From the NCBI RefSeq assembly GCF_009914755.1, contig NC_060925.1: a DNA stretch of 64,000 nucleotides. One strand, given 5' to 3'. The DNA comes from the human T2T-CHM13v2.0 reference genome, Homo sapiens. Positions within the stretch are counted from its first letter, which is position 1; every line of letters begins with the position of its first letter. Below the pieces are notes generated by a model that worked only from the letters and a program-made list of their open reading frames with translations, did not search any database and was not told the DNA's origin. Below, in pieces: positions 23,521-37,514 of the stretch. A program made the position numbers and the translations under genes.

Positions 23521-26500
23521 TATGCTTTTCATTTGTTAATAACTCTTTTAATCCTATAAGGTAGCTACTCTTATTATCCCCATTTCAGAGATGAGGAAAC
23601 AGAAGTTAAATCACAATACATGGTTGTGATGATAATTTGTAGCATTGCCCTTTCCCAAGATGCCTTTACATTTTAGTTCTAGCAGCTGAGGGTCAGGACA
23701 CGAGTAATAAGAACACACTTGTAAGCACTAGCAACTCCTGATCCAGGTGGTCTTGTAGAAGGCTGTGGTTCCATCCAGCATGTCATCCAGAGAGAGTGCC
23801 ACCTGGCCACACCCTCAGCTCCTGGATTATCTGAGTACCTCCAAGGTGCCATCTTCCCTGAAGGCCTCTCATTCCAGGGGTGGACTCCTTCTCCACCCTA
23901 AGTGAAGAGTGGTGATGGGGACATGATGCTGGTGAGGCATTCAGGGCACTGAAGTGAGAGATGGGGCCGGCCTGGCAGATCCATCTGTGTGATAGGGTCT
24001 TGCTGTGCTCATGCATCCCCTGGGACGCCACAGGTTCTTGCCTGGAGATCTGCTGCAGGCTGGGAAGGCAGAGGTACTGAACATGTAGCTGCATGGGGGA
24101 GGCAGACGGCAGAAAGTCTGCCAAGCTGCTGCAGTGTCAGCACATTCTTGGAACAAATGCACTGAAAGGCTGGTCCTCCGATTCCACTTCCAAGTGAGAA
24201 TCAGGACCTTGCTGTCCCAGCAGGTTCGTGCCTGGGTCACTGACTGGGGCTGGAGGCTTCTGGGGGAAGAGGAGAGGCTTCAGAGCTCTGCCAGCTGCCA
24301 TTCTACAGAGGCAAGCCCCTCCGGCCCCATCTGGCCTCCCTGACCCAGGGCGCTGGCCTCTGATTGCATTCCCCTAGTGACAGGGAGCTCATTAGGGCCT
24401 GGGGCTTTGGGGAAGGTTGTTCCTCTGTAGGCATGCCTGGTTCTAGAGAATGGATATGTGTGTTTGCTGGGGCTGTCAGAGCAGGGGGAGGTGCAGACAA
24501 ATGGGGAGGAGAGAGGCACATCCTTGCTACAGACTGAGAATGGGGTGGTGAGAGAGAGGCCTTCAGCCCGGCTGAACAGGAAGGCAGAGACTTTGTTACA
24601 GAGCAGCAGCATCCAGGCAGCCGAGGCCTGTAAAGATCTTCCTTCTAGTCTAACCCTCTGGGTTTTCACAAGGTGGGACCAAGGCCCAGCATCAAAGTCT
24701 GTCGATTCCTACTTCAGAACTCTTTCTGTGGGGTAGCCATGAAAGGGGTGAGATTTGAGGGGCTCCAGGAATCACTACCAACATCAACAGGGCTCTTCTG
24801 GGGCCTGCCTGCAATGGCTCCTTGCTCCCTCTGTTTGGAAGGTTGTAGGTGCCTGATAATGTGGACAGCTTCTTGGGTCCCCTGCTTGGGGGAATGGGTG
24901 TATCCCAAGCCTGGAGGCCTGATCGCTGTCACTGGCCTTCAGAGGAAAGTTGGCAATTCTCTCATCCTTCCTGAGCCTGGATTTCCTCACGGTGAAGTCG
25001 GGGCTGCTCCTATCTACTGCACAGGGTTGCTGTGAGGGTCAGTGACACATAAGGACATCACCCAGCACAGAGCCAGGCTCGCTCGTGTCCTCTTTCCTCA
25101 CTCCTTTTTTTGGAGAAGGCAGTGTCTGGGCAGGCCCAGCTCCTTAGGCAACACAGATGGGTAAATCCAGTTCCCGCCAGTTCCACAGAGGCAGGTCTGG
25201 GGGGAATCTTTCAGCAACGTGAGTTACCAGCGCCCCCTCAACAGCCTGCAAATTCAACCCTGACTCTGACGCCCACCTACTGACCACTCACTTTGTGCTG
25301 TACATGCCCTTCATCCCATGCTGTAACTGGTCAGACTGGTCCAACAAACCTGTGGGTGGATGGGGTTAACACGCCCACTTCACAGATGAGGAAACTGAGG
25401 CCCAGGCACACAGTTCACCTGGTAGGCAGAGGAAGTGGCACTCAAACCCATGTCTGCCTGACTTCAAAGCCCATGCCCTATTCATTCTGATCTCAAACTT
25501 GCTGGAAGCAGAGGACACAGGCAGAGAAGACCTTTGTGGGAGAGAGGCCCCACAACCAAGAGGCTGAGAGCAGGTGCAGGATGAATTATTGAGGGTGACA
25601 TTCGAGGCTCCTGGCCCTTTAATAGTTCCTTTCCTTCCTCTGTGTTCCATTGTTTCCGGGCCCAGAGCTGCCTGTGGAGCTGCTAATCATGGGCAGTTAC
25701 CAGAGTGGCACATCATAAATAGTCTGTAAAGGGCCCAGGGAGCTCAGCCCACACCCTCAGAGCCAGGCAGCACCCTCCAACATATGCACATTCACACGGC
25801 TGCCCACAGGAGGAGGCCAACTTGGCCAGCACAGCCCTGGCTTTGCACTGTCTTCTTCATGGTCAGAAGTCCCTGCGACGAGGATGAACCGCCAGCCCAA
25901 TTTTACCCACGGGGGAATCTCAGGCTCAGAGAGAGGGGTGACTTTGCCAAGGTCACAGAGCGGGCTGTGGGAGGAGCAGGGACTGGATGTCTTTGTTTCA
26001 CAGAACAACATGAGCAGGAATAAAGGCAGGCCCCACTGTGCTTTCCAAAGCTCTTCCAAATCTGGGGTCTCACTAATTCTCACAATAGCCATTTTGCAAA
26101 TGCAGAGAGTCAGGCTCAGAGAAAGAAAGTCAAAGTCCATCATGAGCCCTGCTGATGGAATTACCTTCCCACAGCACAAATCCAACAGCACTGCCTTGCT
26201 CCAAAGCCCCGTGTGGCTCCCACTGCCTCCTTATCCTCCACAGCCTGTCACCTCCTTTTTACATTCACTGTCCCCTCATTCACACCATGGTTCTGAAAAG
26301 CCAAATAACAACTCATGAGTCTCCCAAGACCCCATTCTCTTTTACTCCTCCACACTTCTGTTAAGCTATGCCCTCCGCCTAGAAGGGCCTCCTGCCAAAC
26401 CTCCACCTGGCTGACACCCACTTGCACTGAGCACCCATCATTCTTTACCTGTGGGATTGGATGCTGAGCTCTGCCAGGGCAGCATCCTTGGCACAGTTCC

Positions 26501-26719
26501 CAAAACCCAGCCTGGTGCGGAGTAGGTGCCCAGAAAGGCCCTCACTTCAAGAATCACTGTCTATACTCTCAGAAGGCACCCACCCTCCCAACCCTTAGTT
26601 CAGGAGGTTCAGGAAATCCTCAGGGTGGGCACTGAGCCGGGAGGAAGTGGCTGAGTTCCCAGCATGTAGTTCTACTCTTAAGGAAGGGAAAGCAACTCCC
26701 TGAGGCTCTAACAGTGTGT

Positions 26720-26940
26720 AGGGCCTTGGACTGGGAGTCAGGAGCCTGGGTTCATGTTCTGCCTCCACCACTAACTTGCTGTGTGGAACTGGGCAAGTCA
26801 CCAACCCTTGCTGGGTTTTGGTTTCCTCATCTGTTCAACAGGGAGAGGTTAGAGGTTTCAACAGAATGGAGACCAGGTCTGTTTCCTCACCAATGCAGGT
26901 CCCCCATGCCTGGCAGATGATAGATGCTCAGGAAACATTT
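26720..26940 (+). mobile_element. MIR SINE
   Basis: ggactgggagtcaggagcctgggttc...ggtttcctcatctg. Confidence 0.7.
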
Positions 26941-27084
26941 ATTTACCCAATGGCAGTTGGGCAAGTGAGGTTGGAAGGTCGCATGTAGTTTGAAAGTCTA
27001 GCAGCCCAACTGGCTTGAAGGGGACTGTGGTGAGCTCCATCCATCACACATACATCAAGGCAGAAGGGCTGGGCTGGAGCTGAG

Positions 27085-27419
27085 CCACAGACTTAACTGT
27101 GGTCAAAGGAGAAATACCTATCTTTCTAGTTGAAAGGACATTTCTAATTTTACCATTGTGTTTGGTTGTGGTTTAGCTCATGACATATAATTTATTTAAT
27201 ATGAAATATATTTAAGTGGGGTGCAAATCTGGGGTCTCACTAATTCTCACAACATCATTATATCATATATCATTACATATGTGATATATAATGTATTTTA
27301 CATATGTAATTTATTTTAAAATATATATTTATTTCAAATAAATAAAAGAGAGTTTGAGCTGCTCAAGTTGCATTAAAAGGAGCCATGATGTTAAACATAC
27401 AAAGAGTTGAGAAACACTG
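27085..27419. mobile_element. AT-rich hAT-Charlie-like DNA transposon relic
   Basis: Ends in gttgagaaacactg (Charlie TIR-like); AT-rich interior; 5' boundary uncertain. Confidence 0.45.
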
Positions 27420-27443
27420 TCTTGGGTGAAGGGACGTTTCTAG

Positions 27444-27757
<314 letters not shown>

Positions 27758-28584
27758 TAGGGAGCCATTCTTGGAGAAGATGATGTTTAGGAAGTCATCG
27801 GGAAGTACTGGGGCAGGACTCTTGAGTTCTATTTCTGTAGTGACCCCCACACACTGTGGGGCCTAGGGCAAAGATGGGGAAACCTTTGGGGCCTCATAGT
27901 CTGGCTCTGCCAAGGGGTCCACACTCCATGGAGGACTGAGTATGAATGGGTGTGTGACTGTAGGGTGGGGAGGGCGAGGATGCAGCACGGGCCTCGCTGG
28001 GGCTGCCAGGGATGCCACCCAGACTCTTTACTCCCTGTAATGCCATCTATCCCAGCAAGCTCCCCAAACTCAGCCTCCGGCTCACAGGGTGTGTAATGGA
28101 GGAGACAGCCAGGGAATTCCCCAGCTCATCAGCTCAGGGCTCCGGAAACATGAATGCATCAGGGAAATCTGCAGGCAGTGCCGAAGACACGCTTGATTTC
28201 TCAAATCGAGAGGCACATTTTCAGCATCTGCATGTGCTCTGCAGTGGGACCACCTAGGTTGGAATGCCTCTGTCTGTGTGGCCCATGGCAAGACCCTTAT
28301 CTCTCTGCTCTGCATGCAGGGCCTTTAAATTGCTGGGACATGAAACATTTGGGGTGGAGCTGGCCAAGGGAGCTCCTAAAAGATCCAGAGCCTGAAAGAA
28401 GCATTTCCCTCCCTTCAGATTCACAGCACCTGACTTGTCTTGTTTGTGTTGAGGTCAAGGCCCACAGCCCTGAGGAAACAAACGGCAAATTGAGAAGGGG
28501 CCTATTAGGGAAAAATAATCAGAACAGCCACTTGTCACTGCTCTGAGAATGGGAGCTGAGGCCCCAGCAAGGGACAACCACCAA

Positions 28585-28777
28585 CACTTTGGCCCACAAT
28601 GAGGTACCCCCCTTTTTAAACAGGAGGGATTTAAACAAGGTTTGAGTCCACTTTGGCCCACAATGAGGTACCCCCCCTTATTAAACAGGAGGGATTTAAA
28701 CAAGGTTTGAGTCCACTTTGGCCCACAATGAGGTACCCCCCTTTTTAAACAGAAGGGATTTAAATAAGGTTTGAGTC
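28585..28777. repeat. Minisatellite, 3 copies of a 64-65-bp unit
   Basis: cactttggcccacaatgaggtacccccctttttaaacaggagggatttaaacaaggtttgagtc starting at 28585, 28649 and 28714. Confidence 0.97.
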
Positions 28778-30339
28778 AAGCTGAGCCACCACCACCTGGG
28801 GACAGCTACTCCAAGGCTTAGTCAAGTGAGCTTGGATGCAGGGGCATAAAGGGGTGGGAGTCCAGCAAGGTCAGAAGGCTTGGCCACCCTTCAGCCCGGG
28901 CATCTCAGGCTAGGATCCTCAGTTTCCTCCTGTTAACTGGGGACAATGAGCCCTTCCTTGCAGGCCTGCCTGAGGTATTAACAACATACATACAAACGGG
29001 AGCATAAGGGCTCAGTCCAGGGCCACACACAGTAGGTGCGACCTAGATAGCCGATGTTTCCTCCTTCTCTCTAGGGCTCCTGGGTTCTAGCTCTCACCCT
29101 CTGTGGTCCCACCCCCATGGGCAGCACTGTCCCCCTCGCTGGCTGGTCCTTGGAATTCTGAAGTCTTCCAAACTCCCCTCCTTCCTCACAAACAGGCTCC
29201 TGAACTGAAAATCCCCCACCAAGTCCCTGGCGTCCCCCTATGTGGGTGAGGGGGACAGTATAGGCAGAGGGGTGAGTGGCGACCACATCACTTGCCCCTC
29301 CTGTCTTCCCATCCCCTTTAATTGTGCTAGAAAGTCACTGGGATTTGACAGTGCACGAGGGCCGCTCAGTCAGCAGCTGCTGCAGCCTTTGAGGAACATA
29401 TGACCTACGGTTTGTAGAACAAATAATAAAGGAAAAATACTCAGCAAATGATTCCCTTTTGTGGCCAGAGCATGCCGAGGCCAGAGGTATAAGTCCCCTT
29501 GGTCAGGAACTCTAAGTGGCCCCTTGTCAGGATTTGGGTTCCCAGAGGGGCTTCTTCATCCTCAGCCTCTCTCAGAAGCTGCCCCTGGTATTTCCTATTG
29601 TAGATGGACTGAATTTAACCCAATAGCAACATTGGGTGAGCCTCAACATTAAGCACCCACACCCTAGAAAGTGGAGCCCTTAAAAGATCAGGGAGTTTTA
29701 GACTCTCACGTGACAGGTGCCACCTAGAGCGGTCTCACAGCACACAGGTGGCAGAGGCAGGGCTATGACCCAGCCCCCTTCCCCACGAGCCTCTCAAGCT
29801 CCACAGCCTGCCTCCGTCCTGTGCACACCTACTGTGCGTCTGCATCGGCCAATGCTGCGGATGCAGGAACCATGGCTGGAGGACAATGCTCTCATTTGAT
29901 GCCTACCCTGAGCCTGTGATGTGGGGAGGGCAGGGAGGGTCATTACTGCTGAGGAAACTGAGGATGACTGGCCCCAGGGACCCCAGAGAGGTCCTGTGCC
30001 TGACTTGTCTCTTATGTTGGGACATCAGTATGGGTCTGGTCTTGGCTTTTCAAATGCTTACAAGAGGCTAATTTTAAATATCCCAGGGGACAAGAAGGAA
30101 GGAATGTGCTGGCTTCTCAAACCTCGAGCTGCCCATAGAGTTCTTCTTTCAAGGAGCAGTCTCCAGCCAGTTCCTGGAGGGGCTTCACTTACCCCCACTC
30201 CCCTGGGAGAGGGGCTCAGCTAGGGCAGGCTGTGAGCGGAGCCCAGGTGTTTAGAAGCTGCAGCTTGAAGAACCTGAGGTTGCAGCTCAGCTCCTACGCA
30301 GCCTAGGAGTGACTGCTGGCATATCACTCCTGTGCGCTA

Positions 30340-31170
30340 GACTCCTCACTGTCGATGGCGTGCATAATCCACATCCGTCTGCAGGAGCAGATGCCCTGGG
30401 CTGGGGTCAGCCCGGACTCCATCCTCTCCATCACCACTCCCTGCCAGATCCCCAAGCCTACCTCCCAAATCTTCAACCCAGAACTCCTCTCTGTCGCCAC
30501 TCCCATGCTCAGGCCACTTTCCTGGTCCTCCCTTCCTTATCCTGTCCCCTTCACTTCACTCGTCATCAGTTCTAAGATTTAAATTGGAACACAAGCACCT
30601 ATGGCACATTCAATGACTTCCCGTGAATAAATTCATGCATGACACTTAGGACATTCTAAAAAATATTACCAACCACAAAAAGTCCTTTACTGCACCCCAT
30701 TGTTCTTAGGAGAAAGTCAGTTTTGTCACTGAACACTGGGGCCACTGGCCCCCATGGCCACTTCCTCTTGGTCTCTTGTCACTACTCACCCCATGGTTTT
30801 ACCTGGCTATACTGGGCTTCTTTGTGTCAGGCCTTCTCTGGTCTCTGGGCCTTAAACTTTCTTCTCTCTTCCCTGCCACCCCCCAAGCCTCTTCCATGAC
30901 CCCCTCTGCCTAAATTCCATCCATCCTTAGAATTCCCAGCTAAGTATTATTCTTGAGACCCTTTCCTGCCTGGTCAGAAGTGCTCCTGTGCTCTTGACTC
31001 TCCATCTGCTCTTCTGGGGTCTTACTGCCTTGCCCCAGGATGTCCCCCTCCCAGATGGGACCTCCCTGAAGGCAGCAGCATCGCACCCTCATTCACCCCT
31101 TGCCCCGTTCCCAGCCCCAAGGATGGGCCTGGCCCAGAGGATGGCCCTCAATACATCTTTGATGAACACA
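30340..31170 (+). mobile_element. Old L2 fragments
   Basis: Pyrimidine-rich L2-like segments ending in ggccctcaatacatctttgatgaa. Confidence 0.45.
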
Positions 31171-32843
31171 TGAAAGACAAGTTGCCTGTGATAACATTAA
31201 ATTCTAGACCCTTGGGGAGACAGTAAGGACAGAGAGATCACAGGGGCTGCATATGCACCAGGCATTTGCTACCAAGAAATGAAGTGACTTCGTAAGTTCA
31301 CTTGCATGAGAAAACCCACCAAGCTGGGAATCAGAAGGAACTGGGTTCTAGTCCCAGCTCTGCCTCAAAGCCAAAGCACCTTCATTCTCCAGGGCCTTGG
31401 TTTCCCCTCCTAACAAAAGGGATGTGCCCCTCCCTGCTTTGCACATCTTTGAGGATTAAACAATGTAAGAGTGGTGAAAGGAGGCTTTGACAAGTACAAA
31501 GCTCTAGTCAGACATATAGGATGACGGATATTATTCAGGCACAAAGAGAGGTTTCTCCAAGGCCTGTTATCTCTTTTTTATTTTCTTTCAAGGAAATGGC
31601 TTAGCCCAGCCTGCCTGCATTATTGTTGGCACTGTGAGCCAGGGAAAGACGGAGGCAAAGAGGGAGAAGGAATCTTTAAGAGAGACTCTCTGGGGGACAC
31701 TAATATTTTTAATAGTTTGTGGGTTATGAAGCAAATCTCTGTTCTCTGTATTATATATCTCAGCTGAGCCCGAAGAATGTTTCCAGCGTCTTTAATGAAA
31801 CTGAAGCAGTAACCCAGCAGAGAGAGAGAAAGGCAGAAAGAGGAGATTTATTTGCAGAGATGTTTGCTCAGAGAAAGGTGAAAGCGACCAGAGAGGCAGG
31901 GGGCCCGACTGAGCCACATTCCCCCAGCCCTTGAGTGCCCTGATTCTGTCCTTGGTTGTCGCTGGACCACGTGTCCTCACCTTTGAAGAGTATAGGCAGC
32001 TACGTGTGCTGGTCTCCTATCCCCATGGCTGGGGGGTGCCTATGCTTTTCCCTCTAATTGTCTGGAGACGGGGGGCAAACTCACCAACAGTTGGGAGGAC
32101 TGGCTTTTACAGCACGTAAGAAAGCCGGCTGTAGCCCAGAGCCTCGGTGGGAGAGCAGAATTATTAATAGGTCCTACTGAGGCCTCGGGAAAAATGCAAG
32201 ACTGCATGGAGTTTAAAAGGTCAGCGTGAATAACAAAAACAGACTTTCTGGGGAGTCAGAATGGATTTAAAATACACTCAGAGGAGCCTGGGGCTCCTTT
32301 GCTGCTGCGGGCGCAGTGTGAACGTCTTTTGTGTGTTCGCAGGCATGTGTGTATACACCTCCAGGATCTGCAGACATTTGTCAGCTCCCAGGGAGCTTGC
32401 AGCCTCACAGGGTGTGTGCTCTGGGCAACTTTTAGGTGCCAAGAATGGCAGCTCAGTGACAGAGCTGCTGTATGCTGGGTGATCACTCCCCCCTCTCTTT
32501 ATAAAGAGAGGAGAGTGGATTAATTGGTCTTAAGGACATTTCCAATTCGAAAGTCGAAGCCGTGGAGGATGGAGAGAACCTTTCAAATCACCAGCGGGTC
32601 GCAAACTGGCTAGGTGACTCTGGGTGAGTTGGCATGCTCCTTGGCCTGGGTGTGTAGTTCCCACCCACAGCTACTGCAGGACGACTGGCACACGGAGCAC
32701 CTGGCTCTTTCTCCTCTTGCCAGGCTTCTTCTTCCAGTATGTCGTCGCTCATCCTTTACTTGAACTTTGGAAGACTCATTCAATGAGATGAGTATTTACT
32801 GAACACCTACTGTGTGCTCCAAGTGCTGTTCTAGGCACTGTGA

Positions 32844-33287
<444 letters not shown>

Positions 33288-34646
33288 TCATCTCTCAGAA
33301 ACTTGGCTTCCTAAACTGCAGAATAGGGATAACAATAGCAATCCTGTTTTGGGGGGGATGATTTAAATGCATGGGACTAGCAGGGGCTTAGCAAATATTT
33401 GTTAGTGGATAACTAATAGGTACCAAAGCATTTACAAATTTAAATGGCTATAATTCTTCCTTCCTCTCTCCCTTTCACAGTCTTCTGCAGGTGCTGAAGG
33501 GCTGCACTGTGACTATCAGGAAACCCTAGTTAAGTCCCAATAATTTTATAATAGTAGGGACTAACATTACTTGAGCACCTGCTGTCTACAAGTCCTGACG
33601 CTGGGTGCTAGGGGCACAGAGAAGAATCTGGTAGTTTCTTTGTTCTTTTTATATTTGGTGTGGTTAGGGAGACACAGTTGCAAATAGTCACTAGCTATTT
33701 GGGGCTCTCAGAGTGGGGCAGGGGGAGGCACGGGAGCTTGTGAGGACCTGGGAAGGCACCTAACTCTGCTTTGAGGAGCTGGGAAGGCTTTGTAACTCCC
33801 TGAAAAAGTGACCCTCCACCTGGCTGTCACAGTCATAGGCTCCTAGTCTCAGAGGGTCCTTATTTAATAAGATCCTCCTGTTTATTTTACAGCCATAGAA
33901 ATTCAGACCATATAAATTGTGTGGTAAGTGGCAGAATTCATTAGGATTGACTCCCAGGCTTGTAACCCCTTGAAACTTGTATTTTAGCAAATCAGAATTC
34001 ATTTAAACACAGATGCTTGGACCAGGCAATGATGTAGTCAGCACTGATGACTGGAATCCCAGGCTCTGTGGGGGATGGTGGCAGAGAGGTTCTGAGCCAG
34101 GGAGTCTTGATCTGACTCCTGATTTGCCAAGGAGTTCTGAGTCCAGATTTACCTGACCCTGGGCTCTTAGGTAGCAGGGGAAAGGACATGTTACAGGTGA
34201 GAAGAAGATGTGGAGTTAAGATAAAGTCTCAGGTCCTACCTGGCTGAGCAGGTCAAAAGGTGCAGCCTTGAAAAGAGGTTGAAATTTAAAAACTAAAACC
34301 AACTTTCCCAGATAGGGCAGTAGCATTTGGTTGAGTTAAGATAACCATGACCCTGGTCAAAGATCTGGCTGGGGAATGATCATTGGCAGAAGAGGTTGTC
34401 AGGAGACAGAAGATGCTGGGATGGGTGAACACATGCCTAGTCCTTCCCTCTTGGTAGCTGGAGTAATCTGGAGTCTCACTGCCTCTAGTAACATTTACCT
34501 GTTTTTCAGTCTACCTTAATCATGCCCTTCTGAGGGCTTCTATGACCCTTATAATACCCATACCTTTTGCCACTTAGTAGATCTTCAGGACATTGCCTTC
34601 TGCATTCTCTTACATCCAGCTTGCCCTTTCACACCTGTATATCCTG

Positions 34647-35465
34647 CCTCCTGGCAAAAGTGGAAGGAGTTGGATATCAGTGAACCATTTGGTGGACTAA
34701 GGACCTCTGAAAATTCTCCCCTTCATAAAGCAACAAGAACACAGACAAAAATGGTCAGAATAAGCTTTTTCAGAACTCTGGAAATTAACCAAAGGCTTGC
34801 GGGATTCCAGGGAACATTAATCAGCAAAATCTCAGTAAAAACAGTAAGCTTTGTGGCATTTTAACTTGCCCTATTACCCATACGCCTTCTGCAGTATCCT
34901 TGAAAACCAACACCTGCAATCCCAGTGAAAACCAGCAGCCTGGCAGTCACTGGCAAAGGAAAAACTGGGTTGGAGCTCCTTCAAAATCCCATTCCCAGAC
35001 AACTATCACTGTTTGACCCATCTGATGGTTCTCTGGAAGATCCTACCCTCAATGCTGTCTGTATTTGATCTGACCTAAAGCTTGCTTTGTGCTAACAGCA
35101 TTTTCCCCAGGGGCGTTTGTTGCAGACAATCAGAGTCAAATTTTTGAACATCACAGCAGCCTGAGGCATTCGAAAACAGCTGGATCATACAAGAGACTAA
35201 CCAAAAAGCTTTAAAGGAAAAGCTAGGAAATAAGATGTCCACATGGGCTCTGAGAAGCTCCAACATATTCCTGAGAATCTAGAAGGCTGCATGCAAGCAT
35301 AGGGCTGTGTAAATGCCCAGAGCTATGTACATGCTCAGGAAAGACCTGAGAAGGCTCTAAGCTCTCACCTCTGCTAACCTTGAGGCTTTAAAACAGGAAG
35401 TGCAGGCTAAGGCAGAGTTGTAAACTGCATGGATGGGTGTTAAGGATGTGCTCCAACACACACAC

Positions 35466-35496
<31 letters not shown>

Positions 35497-37040
35497 GAGC
35501 CCTTCAGCAAAGACTGAGGGACTTACTGGTTCCAGACGTTTAAGTAAATCTCTGTCTAATCATTAGCTGATCACAAAGCTAACTGAGCAGAGACTTCAAT
35601 GGCTTTACAGACTTTACAGAATTAGTTCAGAAAAGTCATTAATTAAATAGTGACAACAAACAGCAAAGGCAACAACAAATCCTGAGAAGGGAAGAGAATC
35701 TGATTTCCAGATTTGCCACATTATATTCTTTTAAGTGTCAAATTTTCAACAAAAATATTACTAGAAATACATAGAAACAAGAAACTATGAGCCATAAATA
35801 GGAGAAAAAAGCAGTTAATAAGGAGTATCTTTGAGGAAGTCCAGAAGTTGGACTTACTAGGCAAAGACTTTAAATCAGCTATTTTAATATGATCAAGGAA
35901 CTAGGAAACCATGTCTGAAGAACTAAAGAAATGTATGAGAATTATGCCTCATCACATATAGAATAGTAATAAATAAACAGAAATTATTTTAAAGAAAGAA
36001 CCAAATAAACATTCACATATTGTATAGTTGAAAAGTACAATAACTGAAATGAAAAATTCACTAGAGGAGCTCAAAATATTTCAGCAGGCAGAAGAATCAA
36101 CAAATTTGAAGATAGGCCAATTGGGATTATTCAGTCTGAGGAACAAAAAGATAAAATAATTTAAAAAATGAACAAACATGGCACACCATCAAGTGTACCA
36201 ACATATGCATACTGGGAGTTCAAGAAGGAAAGGAAAGAAAGAAGGATAAAGGATTTTGATGAAATAATGGCTGAACACTGCCAAAATTTGATTTAAAAAC
36301 ATTAATCTACACAACCAAGAAGCTCAGTGAACTCCAAGTAGGATAAATTCAAAGAGATCCACACCCAGACATATCATAATCAAGCTGTCAAAAGCCAAGG
36401 ACAGAAAGAACCTTGAAAGGAGCAAGAGACAACTGAACCATCATACAGCTCAGTAAGATTAATGGCTGATTTCTCAACAGAAATCATGGAGGCCAGAAGG
36501 TGATATATTAAAAAGTGCTAAAAGGAAAAGAACGTCAATGAAGAATTCTATATCCAGCAAAACTATCTCTCAATAACAAAGAAGAAATTAAGATATTCTC
36601 AGATGAACAAATATTGAGATAATTTGTAACCAACATACCTTCCCTTCACTAAATGCTGAAGTGAATCATTTAGGCTGAAATGAAAGGACACTAGACAGCG
36701 ACATAAACCCAGGAAGAAATAAAGGGTACCAGTAAAGATAACTATGTAGGTAAGTATAAAAGACAGTACAAATGAAAAATGAATTTTGAAGGGTTCTGGT
36801 TCTTAGTTCATTTCTTCATTTGTGACTTTTTTCCACTGTCTGATTTAAAAGGCATAAAAGCAGTTATAAATCTATACTGATGAGGTACAAGGATGCAATT
36901 TGTATGACAATAATGGCACAAAGGAGGAGGGAGGAAAAGGAGCTACACAGAAAAAGTTTTTATATATTATTGTCATTAAGTTGATATTAATATGAATTTA
37001 TAATTCTCGGGGCAACTACTAGGAAAACTAACTCAAAATG
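34647..37040 (+). mobile_element. Old L1 (L1MC/MD-type) 5' portion: 5'UTR, decayed ORF1, inter-ORF region
   Basis: cagaactctggaaattaaccaaaggcttgc; ORF1 relics aagaagctcagtgaactccaagtaggataaattcaaagagatccacacccagacatatcataatcaag and aagaattctatatccagcaaaactatc. Confidence 0.85.
35457..35495. repeat. (CA)n microsatellite within L1
   Basis: Read directly. Confidence 0.95.
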
Positions 37041-37049
37041 CAAGTAGTC

Positions 37050-37455
37050 ATAGACCTGGGTTCACATGAAAAAGCTGTCATTTCAGTCTAGATGACCTTG
37101 GGCAAGTAATGCCCCATTTTTGAATCTTAGTTTCCTTATCTTTCAAATGGGGATAACTATGGACAATCCAAGGTTTACCTATATCCCTAATAAGGTAATG
37201 AGTGTGCCATGCATGTCAAAGAGAAGAGACTGACCTCCAGTGGACTGTGGGAGGCCACCCTGGTGGCCTGGCCTGAATCTTGCCCCTCAGCCTTCTTAGC
37301 TGTGTGGCTTGGGGCAATCATTCAACTTCTCAGGGCCCCAGTTCCTTCTTTTGTGCAAAGGAGAAACAACAGCCCCTCATCTAGAGACTGCATGGAATTA
37401 TGTGTGTTGTCCTTAAAGCAGAGTGCTTGGCATATAGTAGGTATCCAATAAATGT
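37050..37455 (+). mobile_element. Two MIR fragments
   Basis: tgaccttgggcaagtaa...agtttccttatctttcaaatggggata; ttagctgtgtggcttggggcaatc...tggcatatagtaggtatccaataaatg. Confidence 0.65.
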
Positions 37456-37514
37456 TGGTATCCAAGAAATGTTGGCGATTATTCTTAACTGTGAGCAATC
37501 CAAGAGGGCAGTGA

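Noticed and set aside
28585-28777. CRISPR-like array
   Set aside because: Head-to-tail repeats with no unique spacers, in primate DNA with no cas genes.
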